Origin: an uncultured Gammaproteobacteria bacterium
GTDB taxonomy: Bacteria; Pseudomonadota; Gammaproteobacteria; UBA9214
Length of the DNA: 64,000 nt
Reading direction: 5' to 3'
Assembly (NCBI GenBank): GCA_963773065.1
Contig: CAVYZN010000011.1
Location: forward strand, 1-64,000
Shown here: piece after piece, positions 53,968 through 64,000 of the stretch
How positions within the stretch are numbered: position 1 is the first letter of the stretch
Layout: each line of letters begins with the position of its first letter
Notes under the pieces: model-generated
Seen by the model: only the letters and a program-made list of their open reading frames with translations
Told to the model about the DNA's origin: nothing
Databases searched by the model: none
Program-made: the position numbers and the translations under genes

Positions 53968-54496
53968 ACACCCCGCCGGCAGTGACGATGACGGCAGGAA
54001 GCCGGCGGACGGCGATGGCGGCGCGATCGGGGCCAGGCTGCGCGCGGCGCGCAACCAGTGCAATCTCCAGATCGAACAGGTTGCCAGCGAACTGCATCTG
54101 GATGCGCGCATCATCACGGCCATCGAAAATGACGACCTGACGGCGTTGCCGGAACCGATCTTCGTGCAGGGTTATCTGCGCAGTTACGCGCGCCTGGTAG
54201 GTTTGCCGGCGGATGAGATGGTGCGCCGCTATTGCGCGCAGGGGACGAACCCGCCGCCTCTGTCGGTGATAGGACTGGGAACGAGGCGCAAGGCGCCGTT
54301 GTTGTCGCTGCCCTCGGCAAGGCTGATACGCAACGTTATCCTGGTGCTGCTGGCGGGGATACTGATCTGGCTTGCCTACCCCTTGGTCGAGCGGCTCATC
54401 GTGACGCGCGGCGAGGAGACGCAGGAACAGCCGCCGGGGCGCCTCGACCTGCCGCCGATATTCGAAGAAGAACCCCGTTCCGAACCGTCGAGATAG
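53964..54496 (+). CDS. rodZ: Short RodZ-like protein (HTH + TM, no periplasmic domain); in frame with pilW as sequenced
   Basis: GARLRAAR...FVQGYLRSYARLVGL, then a TM helix and a short tail; start approximate. Confidence 0.7.
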
Positions 54497-54573
54497 CCTG
54501 ACCATGCACACCGTCAACGGCCCCGTGGGCGCGTCCCCGACTCAGCACACCGGCGGGCGGGGGCGGCGAAATC

Positions 54574-55860
54574 ATGGCCGGAACCATCCAGGCGGTGCGC
54601 GGCATGAATGATATCGGCCCGCAGCAGACCGCTTTCTGGCAGTATCTGGAAGAGACGCTGCGCCGGGTGATACATGCCTACGGCTATCGCGAGATCCGGC
54701 TGCCGCTGCTCGAAAAGACCGAGTTATTCAAGCGCTCCATCGGCGAGGTGACGGATATCGTCGAGAAGGAGATGTACACCTTCGATGACCGCAACGGCGA
54801 CAGCCTGACGCTGCGCCCGGAGGGTACTGCCGGCTGCGTGCGCGCCTGCATGGAACACGGTCTGCTGCACAATCAGGTCCAGCGACTCTGGTATGCCGGG
54901 CCGATGTTCCGGCACGAGCGTCCCCAGAAAGGGCGCTATCGCCAGTTCCATCAGTTCGGCGTCGAGGCCTTCGGGATGGAGGGCCCCGATATCGACGCGG
55001 AAATGATCTTCATGACGGCGCGGATGTGGCAGGCGTTGGGCCTGAAGGGGGCCGAACTGCAAATCAACTCGCTCGGTACGCAGTCCTCGCGTGCGGCCTA
55101 CCGGGAGGCGTTGGTCGATTATTTCCGGGGCTGCCTGTCGGACCTGGATGATGACAGCCGGCGGCGGCTCGACGGCAACCCACTGCGTATCCTCGACAGC
55201 AAGAACCCGCAGATGCAGGCGGTGATCGGCGGCGCGCCGCGGTTGCCGGATTACCTGGACGCGGGATCGCGTGCGCACTTCGACGCCCTGCGCGACCTGC
55301 TGAATGAAGCGGGCATCGACTACGCGGTCAATCCACGGCTGGTGCGGGGTCTGGACTATTACGGCAAGACCGTTTTCGAATGGGTCACCGACAGGCTGGG
55401 CGCGCAGGGCACGATCTGCGCCGGTGGCCGTTATGACGGCCTGGTGGAGTACCTCGGCGGCCGGGCGACGCCGGCCGTCGGTTTTGCGCTGGGCCTGGAA
55501 CGCCTGATCGCCCTCCTCGAAGCGCAGGGCATGGCCCCGCCGGACGGCAATCCGCATGTCTATCTCGTGCTGAGCGGCGACCAGGGCGTGCGCCGCGGCA
55601 TGGTCCTCGCCGAAGAACTGCGCCGGGCCTTGCCGGGCCTACGCCTGTTGACCAACTGCGGCGGCGGTAGTTTCAAGAGCCAGTTCCGGCGGGCGGACAA
55701 GAGCGGAGCCGGCATCGCACTGATCATCGGTGACGATGAGGCCGACCGCGGACAGGTCACGCTCAAGCGACTGCGCGGCGCGAGCGAGCAGGAGACGCTC
55801 TCCCAGGCGGATGCCGCCGGGCGTTTGGGCAAACTGCTCTGGTTCGAGCTCAATGCCTGA
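54574..55860 (+). CDS. hisS: Histidine--tRNA ligase
   Basis: [39 protein letters not shown]. Confidence 0.97.
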   Translation: MAGTIQAVRGMNDIGPQQTAFWQYLEETLRRVIHAYGYREIRLPLLEKTELFKRSIGEVTDIVEKEMYTFDDRNGDSLTLRPEGTAGCVRACMEHGLLHNQVQRLWYAGPMFRHERPQKGRYRQFHQFGVEAFGMEGPDIDAEMIFMTARMWQALGLKGAELQINSLGTQSSRAAYREALVDYFRGCLSDLDDDSRRRLDGNPLRILDSKNPQMQAVIGGAPRLPDYLDAGSRAHFDALRDLLNEAGIDYAVNPRLVRGLDYYGKTVFEWVTDRLGAQGTICAGGRYDGLVEYLGGRATPAVGFALGLERLIALLEAQGMAPPDGNPHVYLVLSGDQGVRRGMVLAEELRRALPGLRLLTNCGGGSFKSQFRRADKSGAGIALIIGDDEADRGQVTLKRLRGASEQETLSQADAAGRLGKLLWFELNA

Positions 55861-55888
55861 AGGCGGATTGAAGGTCACCTTGATGAAT

Positions 55889-56174
55889 TTGAAGCGAACC
55901 CGAATGATACTTACTTAAGGCAGGAGTCGGAATTTTCCGTCATTCCCGCGGTAGCGGGAATCCAGAACGTGTCATGAATCTCTGGATTCCGGCTCTCCGC
56001 TACGCTCCGTCCGGAATGACGGTTTTACCGGAGTTTCCCTTAAGTAAATACCATTCGGTGATCGTCTATATCAACATACGATTGGCCACGGAAGCACACG
56101 GAAAAACACAGACTCCGTGTGTTTCCGTGGCTATTTACCAGGATTCGAACTTAAGTGCCACTTGAAGCGAACCC
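55889..56174. repeat. Nested palindromic repeat cluster: MITE-like element containing a dRS3/RPE-like hairpin, plus a second hairpin, bracketed by a 13-bp direct repeat
   Basis: CCGAATGATACTTACTTAAGG/CCTTAAGTAAATACCATTCGG ends; GTCATTCCCGCGGTAGCGGGAATCCAG...CTGGATTCC...GGAATGAC; GCCACGGAA...TTCCGTGGC; TTGAAGCGAACCC at 55889 and 56162. Confidence 0.75.
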
Positions 56175-56221
56175 CTTTTTATCATCACAACAAGATTCTA
56201 AATTCATGACAGGAGACGTCG

Positions 56222-56878
56222 ATGGAAATCAATGAAACCGAAGAGCAGCAGCTTGAAACCATCAAGCGCTGGTGGAAGGAAAATGCCAGCTCGGTCATTA
56301 CCGGCCTGCTGCTCGGTCTGGCGTTGCTGTTTGGCGCCAAGTCCTGGTTCGCCTACCAGGACCGCAAGGGGGAAGAGGCATCGAATATCTACTTCACCCT
56401 GGAGAACGCGCTTGCCAAGGGTGAGGAGGGCATCGTCACCGACAGGGCGGGCATGCTGATAGGGCAATACACCAAGACGCCCTATGCCACACTCGCGGCG
56501 CTGGCGCTCGCGAAGCAGAAGCTGGAACAGGGTGAACTGCAAGCCGCCCACGCGCAGTTGCAGTGGGCGTTGGATAACGCCGGTTCCGATGTCCTCCGGC
56601 AGTTGATCCGTCTGCGTCTGGCGCGGGTCATGGTGGCCGAGGGCAACCTGGATGGCGCCGGGGCGCTGCTGGCGCAGTCTCCGCCGGAGAGCGCGTTTGC
56701 CCCGCTGTCCACTGAACTCAAGGGCGATATCCACGCGGCTCGCGGGGCTAGCGCCGAGGCCCGGGCCGAATACGAAATCGCGCTCGCCGCTTTGCCCCCG
56801 GATTCACCCGAACATCAGATGCTGCAGTTGAAATACGAAAATTCGATCGCGGCGGGCGTGTCGGGGGAGACCCCATGA
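56222..56878 (+). CDS. yfgM: YfgM-family TPR membrane protein
   Basis: ETEEQQLETIKRWWKEN; hisS-yfgM-bamB synteny. Confidence 0.9.
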   Translation: MEINETEEQQLETIKRWWKENASSVITGLLLGLALLFGAKSWFAYQDRKGEEASNIYFTLENALAKGEEGIVTDRAGMLIGQYTKTPYATLAALALAKQKLEQGELQAAHAQLQWALDNAGSDVLRQLIRLRLARVMVAEGNLDGAGALLAQSPPESAFAPLSTELKGDIHAARGASAEARAEYEIALAALPPDSPEHQMLQLKYENSIAAGVSGETP

Positions 56879-58035
56879 CGCGATTTTTCGCCGCCTGCCT
56901 GCTGGCCGTCCCGCTGGCGGGTTGCTCCACCATATCGGGCTGGTTCTCGAGCGGTGACAATGCCGCGCCGCCGGCCAAGCTGGAGGAGATCGCGGATCCC
57001 GTTGCGCTGCATGAAGTGTGGAGCACGGATATCGGGGTCGGTTACGACAAGCAGTCCGTCAACCTGGTGCCGACGGTGCTGAGTCCGTACTTGCTGGCGG
57101 CGGATCGCGACGGCAGGGTGTTCGAGCTGAGCGCCGAAACCGGCAAAAAACTGTGGGAGACAAAGACGGATGCGCCGATATCCGCCGGCCCCGGCGCCGG
57201 CGGCGGCCTGGTCCTGGTCGGCACCAGCGATGCGCAAGTGCTGGCGCTGAGTATCGAGGATGGCTCGATCGTTTGGCGTACCCAGGTCTCAAGCGAGGTC
57301 CTGGCGGTACCCCGGGTCGACCTCGGGGTGGTGGTGATACAGACGGTGGACGGCGCCATCACCGGACTGAGCGCCGAAGATGGACATCAGCTCTGGGTCT
57401 CCGACCATTCCGTGCCGGTGCTTACCTTGCGCGGCACCAGCACCCCGGCCGTGGAACGGGGTATCGTGGTGACCGGATTAGCCAGTGGCAAGGTGGTCGC
57501 GCTCACGACGGAAAAGGGGTTACAGGTCTGGGAAACCGATATCGCGATTCCCCAGGGACGTTCGGAACTGGAGCGCCTCGTGGACGTGGATGCCGATCCG
57601 GTCATCGTCGGAAACACGGTGTATGTCGTGTCCTACCAGGGGAAGATCGCGATCATCGACCTGCAAAACGGGAATCTCGGCTGGGCACGCGACATGTCGT
57701 CCTATGTCGGTCTGGGGGTGGACTTCTCCCAGGTCTATGTCACCGATGTGGACAGCAAGGTCTGGGCGCTCTCGCGTGACAACGGCGCCTCGGTATGGAA
57801 GCAGGACAAGCTGCACAACCGCGCGCTGACGGCGCCGGAACCTTTCGGCAGCTATGTGGCGGTCGGCGACTTCGAAGGTTACCTGCACCTGCTGTCGAGC
57901 TACGACGGCCGCATCGCCGGCCGGGTCAAGGTGGACCGCAAGGGCATTGCGGCGCGTCCCATTGCCGTGGGCGATGTGCTGTATGTCTATGGCAAGGGCG
58001 GCAAGCTCGCCGCCTACACGCTCCCGGGTGCTTGA
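56875..58035 (+). CDS. bamB: Outer membrane assembly lipoprotein BamB
   Basis: Lipobox LAGC; LTLRGTSTP; [12 protein letters not shown]. Confidence 0.93.
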   Translation: MTRFFAACLLAVPLAGCSTISGWFSSGDNAAPPAKLEEIADPVALHEVWSTDIGVGYDKQSVNLVPTVLSPYLLAADRDGRVFELSAETGKKLWETKTDAPISAGPGAGGGLVLVGTSDAQVLALSIEDGSIVWRTQVSSEVLAVPRVDLGVVVIQTVDGAITGLSAEDGHQLWVSDHSVPVLTLRGTSTPAVERGIVVTGLASGKVVALTTEKGLQVWETDIAIPQGRSELERLVDVDADPVIVGNTVYVVSYQGKIAIIDLQNGNLGWARDMSSYVGLGVDFSQVYVTDVDSKVWALSRDNGASVWKQDKLHNRALTAPEPFGSYVAVGDFEGYLHLLSSYDGRIAGRVKVDRKGIAARPIAVGDVLYVYGKGGKLAAYTLPGA

Positions 58036-58109
58036 TTCCACGGCCGAGGCCGGCGTTTCAGGCGGGGGTCTCCCGCCCCCGGAGCGCCATCACCCGCACC
58101 GACATCGCC

Positions 58110-59501
58110 ATGATTCCGGTCATCGCCCTGGTGGGTCGTCCCAATGTCGGCAAGTCCACCTTGTTCAATCGCCTGACCCGCACCCAGGATGCCCTGGTCG
58201 CGGCCGTGCCGGGACTGACCCGTGACCGCCAGTACGGCGATGGCAGGGTCGGCGACCGGCCGTTCATCGTCGTCGATACCGGCGGCCTGGCGGCGGGAGA
58301 TGACGAACTCGAGGGCATGATGGCGCGGCAGGCCTGGCAGGCGATCGAGGAGGCGGACCGGGTATTTTTCCTGGTCGACGCCAGAGACGGCCTGACCGGC
58401 AGTGACGAGGCCATAGCGAGGGACTTGCGGCGCAGCGGGAAACCCCTGACGCTGGTCGTCAACAAGACCGATGGCCTCGATGAGCAGTCCGCGCTGGGCG
58501 ACTTCCATGCGCTCGGTCTGGGCGAGCCGCAACCGATCTCCGCCGTTCACGGACGCGGCGTGGAGCGCCTCATGAGAACCGCGCTGGCGCAATTGCCCCT
58601 GCCCGCGGACGGCGAAAACGTAGAGGCGGAAGATGCCGCCGTGCGCGTGGCCGTCGTCGGGCGCCCCAATGCCGGCAAGTCGACCCTGATCAACCGCATG
58701 CTCGGCGAGGAACGCGTGCTCGTCTATGACCTTCCGGGCACCACGCGCGACAGCATCTTCATCCCCTTCGAACGCGACGGCGTCGCCTACACGCTGATCG
58801 ATACCGCCGGCGTGCGCCGCCGGGCGCGGGTCACGGAGGCGATCGAGAAGTTCAGCATCATCAAAACGCTGCAGGCCATCGACGCGGCCCACGTGGTTAT
58901 CCTGATGCTCGATGCCAGGGTCGGCATCGGCGAGCAGGACGCCACACTCGCCGGTTATATCGCCGAGAAGGGCAGGGCGCTGGTGCTGGCCGTCAACAAG
59001 TGGGACGGACTGGAGCCGCACGAGCGCCGGCAGATCCGGGACCAGCTCGATCGCAAGCTGCCGTTTCTCGGCTATGCCAGTGTCAAGTTCATCTCCGCCC
59101 TGCACGGCACCGGCGTCGGCGACCTCTATCCGCTGGTGCGCCGGGCGCATGACGACGCGCTGCGGGAATTGTCGACCCCGGAACTGACGGCCATCCTGGA
59201 ACGGGCGGTCTTCGAGCATCAGCCGCCTCTCGTCAGGGGACGGCGCATCAAACTGCGTTACGCGCACCAGGGGGGACGCAACCCGCCGCTCATCGTGATC
59301 CACGGCAACCAGACGGAGAGCGTGCCCGAGTCCTACCGGCGCTACCTCGTCAATACCTTCCGCGCGGCGCTGCAACTCACCGGCACGCCGATACGCATCG
59401 AATTTCGCACCGGCGGCAATCCCTACCAGGGCCGCCGCAACGTACTCACGCCCCGCCAGGTCAGCCGCAAGCGCCGCCTGATGCGGCATGTGAAGGGGTG
59501 A
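58110..59501 (+). CDS. der: Ribosome biogenesis GTPase Der
   Basis: Two G-domains, GRPNVGKS and GRPNAGKS. Confidence 0.96.
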   Translation: MIPVIALVGRPNVGKSTLFNRLTRTQDALVAAVPGLTRDRQYGDGRVGDRPFIVVDTGGLAAGDDELEGMMARQAWQAIEEADRVFFLVDARDGLTGSDEAIARDLRRSGKPLTLVVNKTDGLDEQSALGDFHALGLGEPQPISAVHGRGVERLMRTALAQLPLPADGENVEAEDAAVRVAVVGRPNAGKSTLINRMLGEERVLVYDLPGTTRDSIFIPFERDGVAYTLIDTAGVRRRARVTEAIEKFSIIKTLQAIDAAHVVILMLDARVGIGEQDATLAGYIAEKGRALVLAVNKWDGLEPHERRQIRDQLDRKLPFLGYASVKFISALHGTGVGDLYPLVRRAHDDALRELSTPELTAILERAVFEHQPPLVRGRRIKLRYAHQGGRNPPLIVIHGNQTESVPESYRRYLVNTFRAALQLTGTPIRIEFRTGGNPYQGRRNVLTPRQVSRKRRLMRHVKG

Positions 59502-59514
59502 CTGCGTACCCGTC

Positions 59515-62052
59515 ATGGCCGCCAAAGAAGCCAGAGCCCGCATCAAGATCAACAAACTGCTGGAAGAATCCGGCTGGCGTTTTTTCGATGACGCGGCGGG
59601 CAAGGCCAATGTGGTGCTGGAGCCTAACGTCAAATTGACCAAGGCCAGAGTCGAGGCCTTGGGCGAGAACTTCGAAACCACCAGCAACGGTTTCATCGAC
59701 TTCCTGCTCCTGGATGAGCAAGGCTACCCCCTCGTCGTGTTGGAAGCCAAGGCCGAGGACAAGAATCCGCTGGTCGCAAAGGAACAGGCCCGCAAGTACG
59801 CCAAATCCCAGAATTGCCGTTTTGTGATTCTCTCCAACGGCAACCTGCATTACTTCTGGGATTTGGAGCAGGGCAACCCGCACATCATCACTCGATTCCC
59901 CGGGCAGGATTCCATCAAGGGCTACCACCGTTTCCAGCCCAATCCGCGGCGCCTCATCACCGAACTGGTCGGCAAGGACTACATCGCCCTCACCCAGATG
60001 CCCGGATATGCCAACGAGGCGGGTTGGAAGAACGAGGCCGAACAGGCTGCGTTCATCGAGAAGAACCGCCTGCGCTTCCTGCGCGATTACCAGAAGCGGG
60101 CGGTTCAGGCGATCCAGGATGCCGTGGCCGAGAACAAGAGCCGCTTCCTGTTCGAGATGGCCACCGGCACCGGCAAGACCCTCACCGCCGCCGCCGTCAT
60201 CAAGCTGTTCCTGCGCACCGGCAACGCACGGCGGGTGTTGTTCCTGGTGGACCGACTCGAACTGGAAGACCAGGCCAACAAGGCTTTCACGCTCCTGCTC
60301 AAGAACGACTTCACCTCCGTGATCTACAAGGAACGGCGTGACGACTGGCGCAAGGCCGAGATCGTCGTTACCACGGTGCAGTCGCTTGCTGTTCAACGAG
60401 AAGTACCGACGCCTGTTTTCGCCCACGGATTTCGATCTGGTGATCTCCGACGAAGCCCACCGCTCCATCGGCGGCAACGCCCGCGCCGTGTTCGAGTATT
60501 TCGTCGGCTACAAGCTGGGACTCACCGCCACGCCAAAGGATTACCTGAAGAAGTTTGACGGCGCCAACCCCACCACCCGCGATCCTCGTGAGCTGGAGCG
60601 TCGCCTGCTGCTCGACACCTACCGCACCTTCGGCTGCGAGTCCGGCGACCCCACCTTCCGTTACTCCCTGCTGGACGGTGTGCGCGAAGGATTCCTGATC
60701 AATCCCGTTGGTGGTGGATGCCCGCACCGACATCACTACCCAATTGCTGTCGGATGAAGGCTACTCGATCATGGCCGTCACCGAGAACGAGGAAGATACC
60801 GAGCAGACCTTCTATCAGAAGGACTTCGAGAAGAAATTCTTCTCCGATCCGACCAACCGGGTCTTCTGCGAAACTTTCCTCAACAATGCTCTGCGCGACC
60901 CCATCAGCGGCGAGATCGGCAAGTCTATTGTGTTTGCCGTCAGCCAGAATCACGCCGCCAATCTCACCCAGGTCCTCAACGAACTGGCCGATCGTATGTT
61001 CCCAGGCAAATATCAGTCGGATTTCGCCGTGCAGGTAACGTCCCTGGTGCCCAAAGCCCAGCAATTCACCATCAATTTCGCCAACAACAACCTGATGGGA
61101 TCGGCCAATTTCATCGACAGCTATCGCACCAGCAAAGCACGCGTGTGCGTCACGGTCGGGATGATGACCACCGGCTACGACTGCGAAGACATTCTCAACC
61201 TGGGGTTGCTGCGGCCTATCTTCTCGCCACAGGATTTCGTTCAGATCAAGGGGCGCGGTACCCGCAAATACAACTTCATGAGGCAGCTTTTCGACCCGGC
61301 CATGAAGGAATCGGTGAAGGAACCGGAAAAGACGTGCTACAAGCTCTTCGACTTCTTCGCCAACTGCGAATACTTCGAGGAAAAGTTCAACTACGACGAG
61401 GTCATCAAGCTGCCTCGTCCGCGTACCGGCACGGGTGGAGAGGGGCCGGAGCCGCCGCACCACCGCCCATCAGCACCTACGAGAGTACGAGCCCCGACAA
61501 AATACTCAGCATGGTGGCCGAGCAGATCGGCCCGCTGGGCATGAAGATCGACCGCATGTTCTTCGAGAAATTCGAGGATAAGGTCAAGGACGATCCGACG
61601 CTCAAAGAGCAGGTCGAGACCGAGCAGTGGGACAAGGCCGCCGAATACGTGCACACCCACCTGTTCGACAAACCCGAGGAATTTTTCAATCTCGAAAAAC
61701 TCCGACGCGCCGCCGGGGTGGATCGCCGCATCACCATCCGTGAAATCCTGGAGAAGATCTTCGGCCTCATCCCCGGCTTTAAGGCCAAGGACGAATTGCT
61801 CGAAGACGAGTTCCAGAAGTTCATCCTCGACTGCAAGCCAGACGACGCCAAGCACATTCTGGCCATGAAGTACTATTTCAAGGCCTACGCCACCGACAGC
61901 CGCCTGCGCGACATCATCGAAAACAAGCGGCTCACCGAACTGAACGTCAATCCCACCTTCAGCATGGCCGACTTCAAGGCCGTGCCGGCGGAGTGGCGCG
62001 ACCGATCCCGGAGTACGTTAAGGACTATGTCTCCCTCAATCAATTCATGTAG
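59515..62052 (+). CDS. hsdR: Type I restriction endonuclease R subunit (EcoAI-like), several frameshifts
   Basis: D...VLEAK nuclease motif; MATGTGKT; DEAH; LTATP; MMTTGYD; QIKGRGTR across ORFs 59515, 60338, 60708, 61145. Confidence 0.85.
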
Positions 62053-62066
62053 AGATGTAACCCGAA

Positions 62067-64000
62067 ATGCTCGATACCGACACCAAACGCCGCATCGACA
62101 CCTGCCGCGACATCCTCGTGGGCAAGGTGCCCGACCCCAAATCCCAGGTCGAGCAGATCACCATCGCGCTCATCTACAAGTTCATGGACGACATGGACGC
62201 CGAGGCCGAGGCCCTGGGCGGGAAGCGCAGCTTCTTTACCGGCGATCACGAAAAATACGCCTGGTCCAGACTCATGGCCCCGAACATGGGCGGCTTCGAT
62301 GTGCTGAGCCTCTATTCCGAGGCCATCCAGAAGATGAACGAGAACCCGGGCGTGCCGGCCCTGTTCCGTGAAATCTTCAAGAACGCCTACCTGCCGTACC
62401 GCGACCCCGAAACCCTGCGCAGCTTCCTGAAGGAGATCAACGGCTTTACCTACGACCATTCCGAGCGCCTGGGCGATGCCTTCGAATACCTGCTCTCGGT
62501 GCTCGGCAGCCAGGGCGAGGCCGGGCAGTTCCGCACCCCGCGCCACATCATCGACTTCATGGTGGAGATCGTCGACCCGAAAAAGAGTGAGACCATTCTC
62601 GACCCGGCCTGCGGCACGGCGGGCTTTCTCATCTCCTCCTACAAACACATCCTCAAGCACAACACCTCGAAAAAGACTCCTCTCCCCTGGCGGGAGAGGG
62701 TGGGGATGAGGCCGAAGCCTACGACGAAAAGGGCGTGCCTATCGAGGCGTTGACCCTCGACAGCCCCTTGCACTACAAGGGCGACCTGCTCACGCCCGAT
62801 GACAGGAAGCGCCTCGCCGCCGGCATCCACGGTTACGACATCTCGCCGGACATGGTGCGCCTCTCGCTGGTCAACATGTACCTGCACGGCTTCACCAGCC
62901 CGCACATCGACGAATACGACACCCTCACCAGTGACGAGAAGTGGAACGAACTGGCGGACGTGATCCTCGCCAACCCGCCGTTCATGTCGCCGAAGGGCGG
63001 CATCAAGCCGCACAAGCGCTTTTCCGTGCAGGCCAAACGCTCCGAGGTACTGTTCGTCGACTACATCGCCGAGCACTTGACGCCCAATGGCCGCGCCGCC
63101 GTGGTCGTGCCCGAGGGCATCATCTTCCAGAGCGGCACCGCCTACAAGCAACTGCGCGAAATGCTGGTGAAGAATTACCTGGTGGCGGTGATTTCGCTGC
63201 CCGCCGGCGTGTTCAACCCGTACAGCGGCGTGAAGACCTCGATCCTGGTGCTGGACAAGCGCCTGTCGAAGAAGACCGACGCGATCCTGTTCGCCAAGAT
63301 CGACAACGACGGCTACAACCTCGGCGCCCAGCGCCGCCCCATCGACAAGAACGACCTGCCCGCGACAGTGCGCAATCATCAAGGCCTGGCTGTCGATTCC
63401 TGCGCAAGCGGAATCCAGAGTCTTTTGATGTCTGACCGATTCCGCAATGCTGAATGTCGTTGAAAGGGAGAGGATCGGCGAGAACGGCGAGTGGAATTTG
63501 AGTGGTGAGAGGTATCGGGAGAGTGGGACTAGCTCGACGAAATATGATTGTGTTGAACTAGGCGAAATTACACTGTGGAAGTCCACAGTACGGTTCCGGC
63601 GCGCGTAAGGTGCCATTTGATGGAAAAGTGCGTGATGTGCGAATTACCGACTTGACCATCAAAGGTGAATTAAGCCAGACGATCCAATATCACCGTCACG
63701 CATCGAGCCCGATAACTTTCTGGAACCTGACGATCTTCTCGATTGCGCGATCGGGCTCTGTCGGTCGTACATATCTTCATCACAAGTTACGCCGGCATCT
63801 ACCAATATGCAGGATACCTCATTCGATTTCGCATCGATCCAGAAAAAGCGATACCGGAATACGTATATTACGTTACTGCAAACGGGGGCGTGACGAGATT
63901 GGATTCAGAGCAATTCGCAAGAACTGGCACACTTACAGATATAAACGCGAAGCAATATTCGTGTCATTACGAATTCCCCTCCCGCCGCTGGAAGTGCAGA
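62067..64000 (+). CDS. hsdM: N6-adenine methyltransferase HsdM apparently fused to an HsdS-like specificity domain; frameshifted, runs off the window end
   Basis: GQFRTPRHII, DPACGTAGFL, NPPF; then NLSGERYRE...VELGEI, ARSGSVG, YAGYLIRFR, IPLPPLEVQ. Confidence 0.8.

Noticed and set aside
1-64000. tRNA or rRNA genes
   Set aside because: No cloverleaf with T-loop GTTCGA plus acceptor stem and no rRNA signatures were recognized.

Overview
A GC-rich gammaproteobacterial chromosome segment; the gene content is compatible with a sulfur-oxidizer-like lifestyle (inference). Positions 1-23.7 kb are an accessory mosaic. It holds two VPLPA-CTERM exosortase-target proteins, a GMC oxidoreductase-Rieske-DUF1080 triple fusion, and an XRE-led six-gene Ehr complex (hydrogenase-4-like but lacking Ni-binding motifs). 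It also holds an NhaP antiporter, an ATP-grasp gene, and a HiPIP/ccoQ/sodB/DUF3309/ferritin cluster with a shared 20-bp palindromic box, plus MITEs and REP-like repeats. Positions 23.7-59.5 kb are mostly core genes: gltA, ffs-dnaX-ybaB-recR, rsgA, orn, glcDEF, an isc operon with no iscU, and ndk-rlmN-pilW-rodZ'-hisS-yfgM-bamB-der with no ispG. A block inserted between iscX and ndk carries two surface lipoproteins, a beta-barrel and mcl-mtkAB. The window ends in a type I-like restriction-modification locus (HsdR plus an apparently fused HsdM-S). Many genes carry single-base frameshifts, including housekeeping genes; these are most likely uncorrected long-read errors, so such genes are annotated across the shifts. 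All product calls come from recognizing motifs by eye; no database searches were run.
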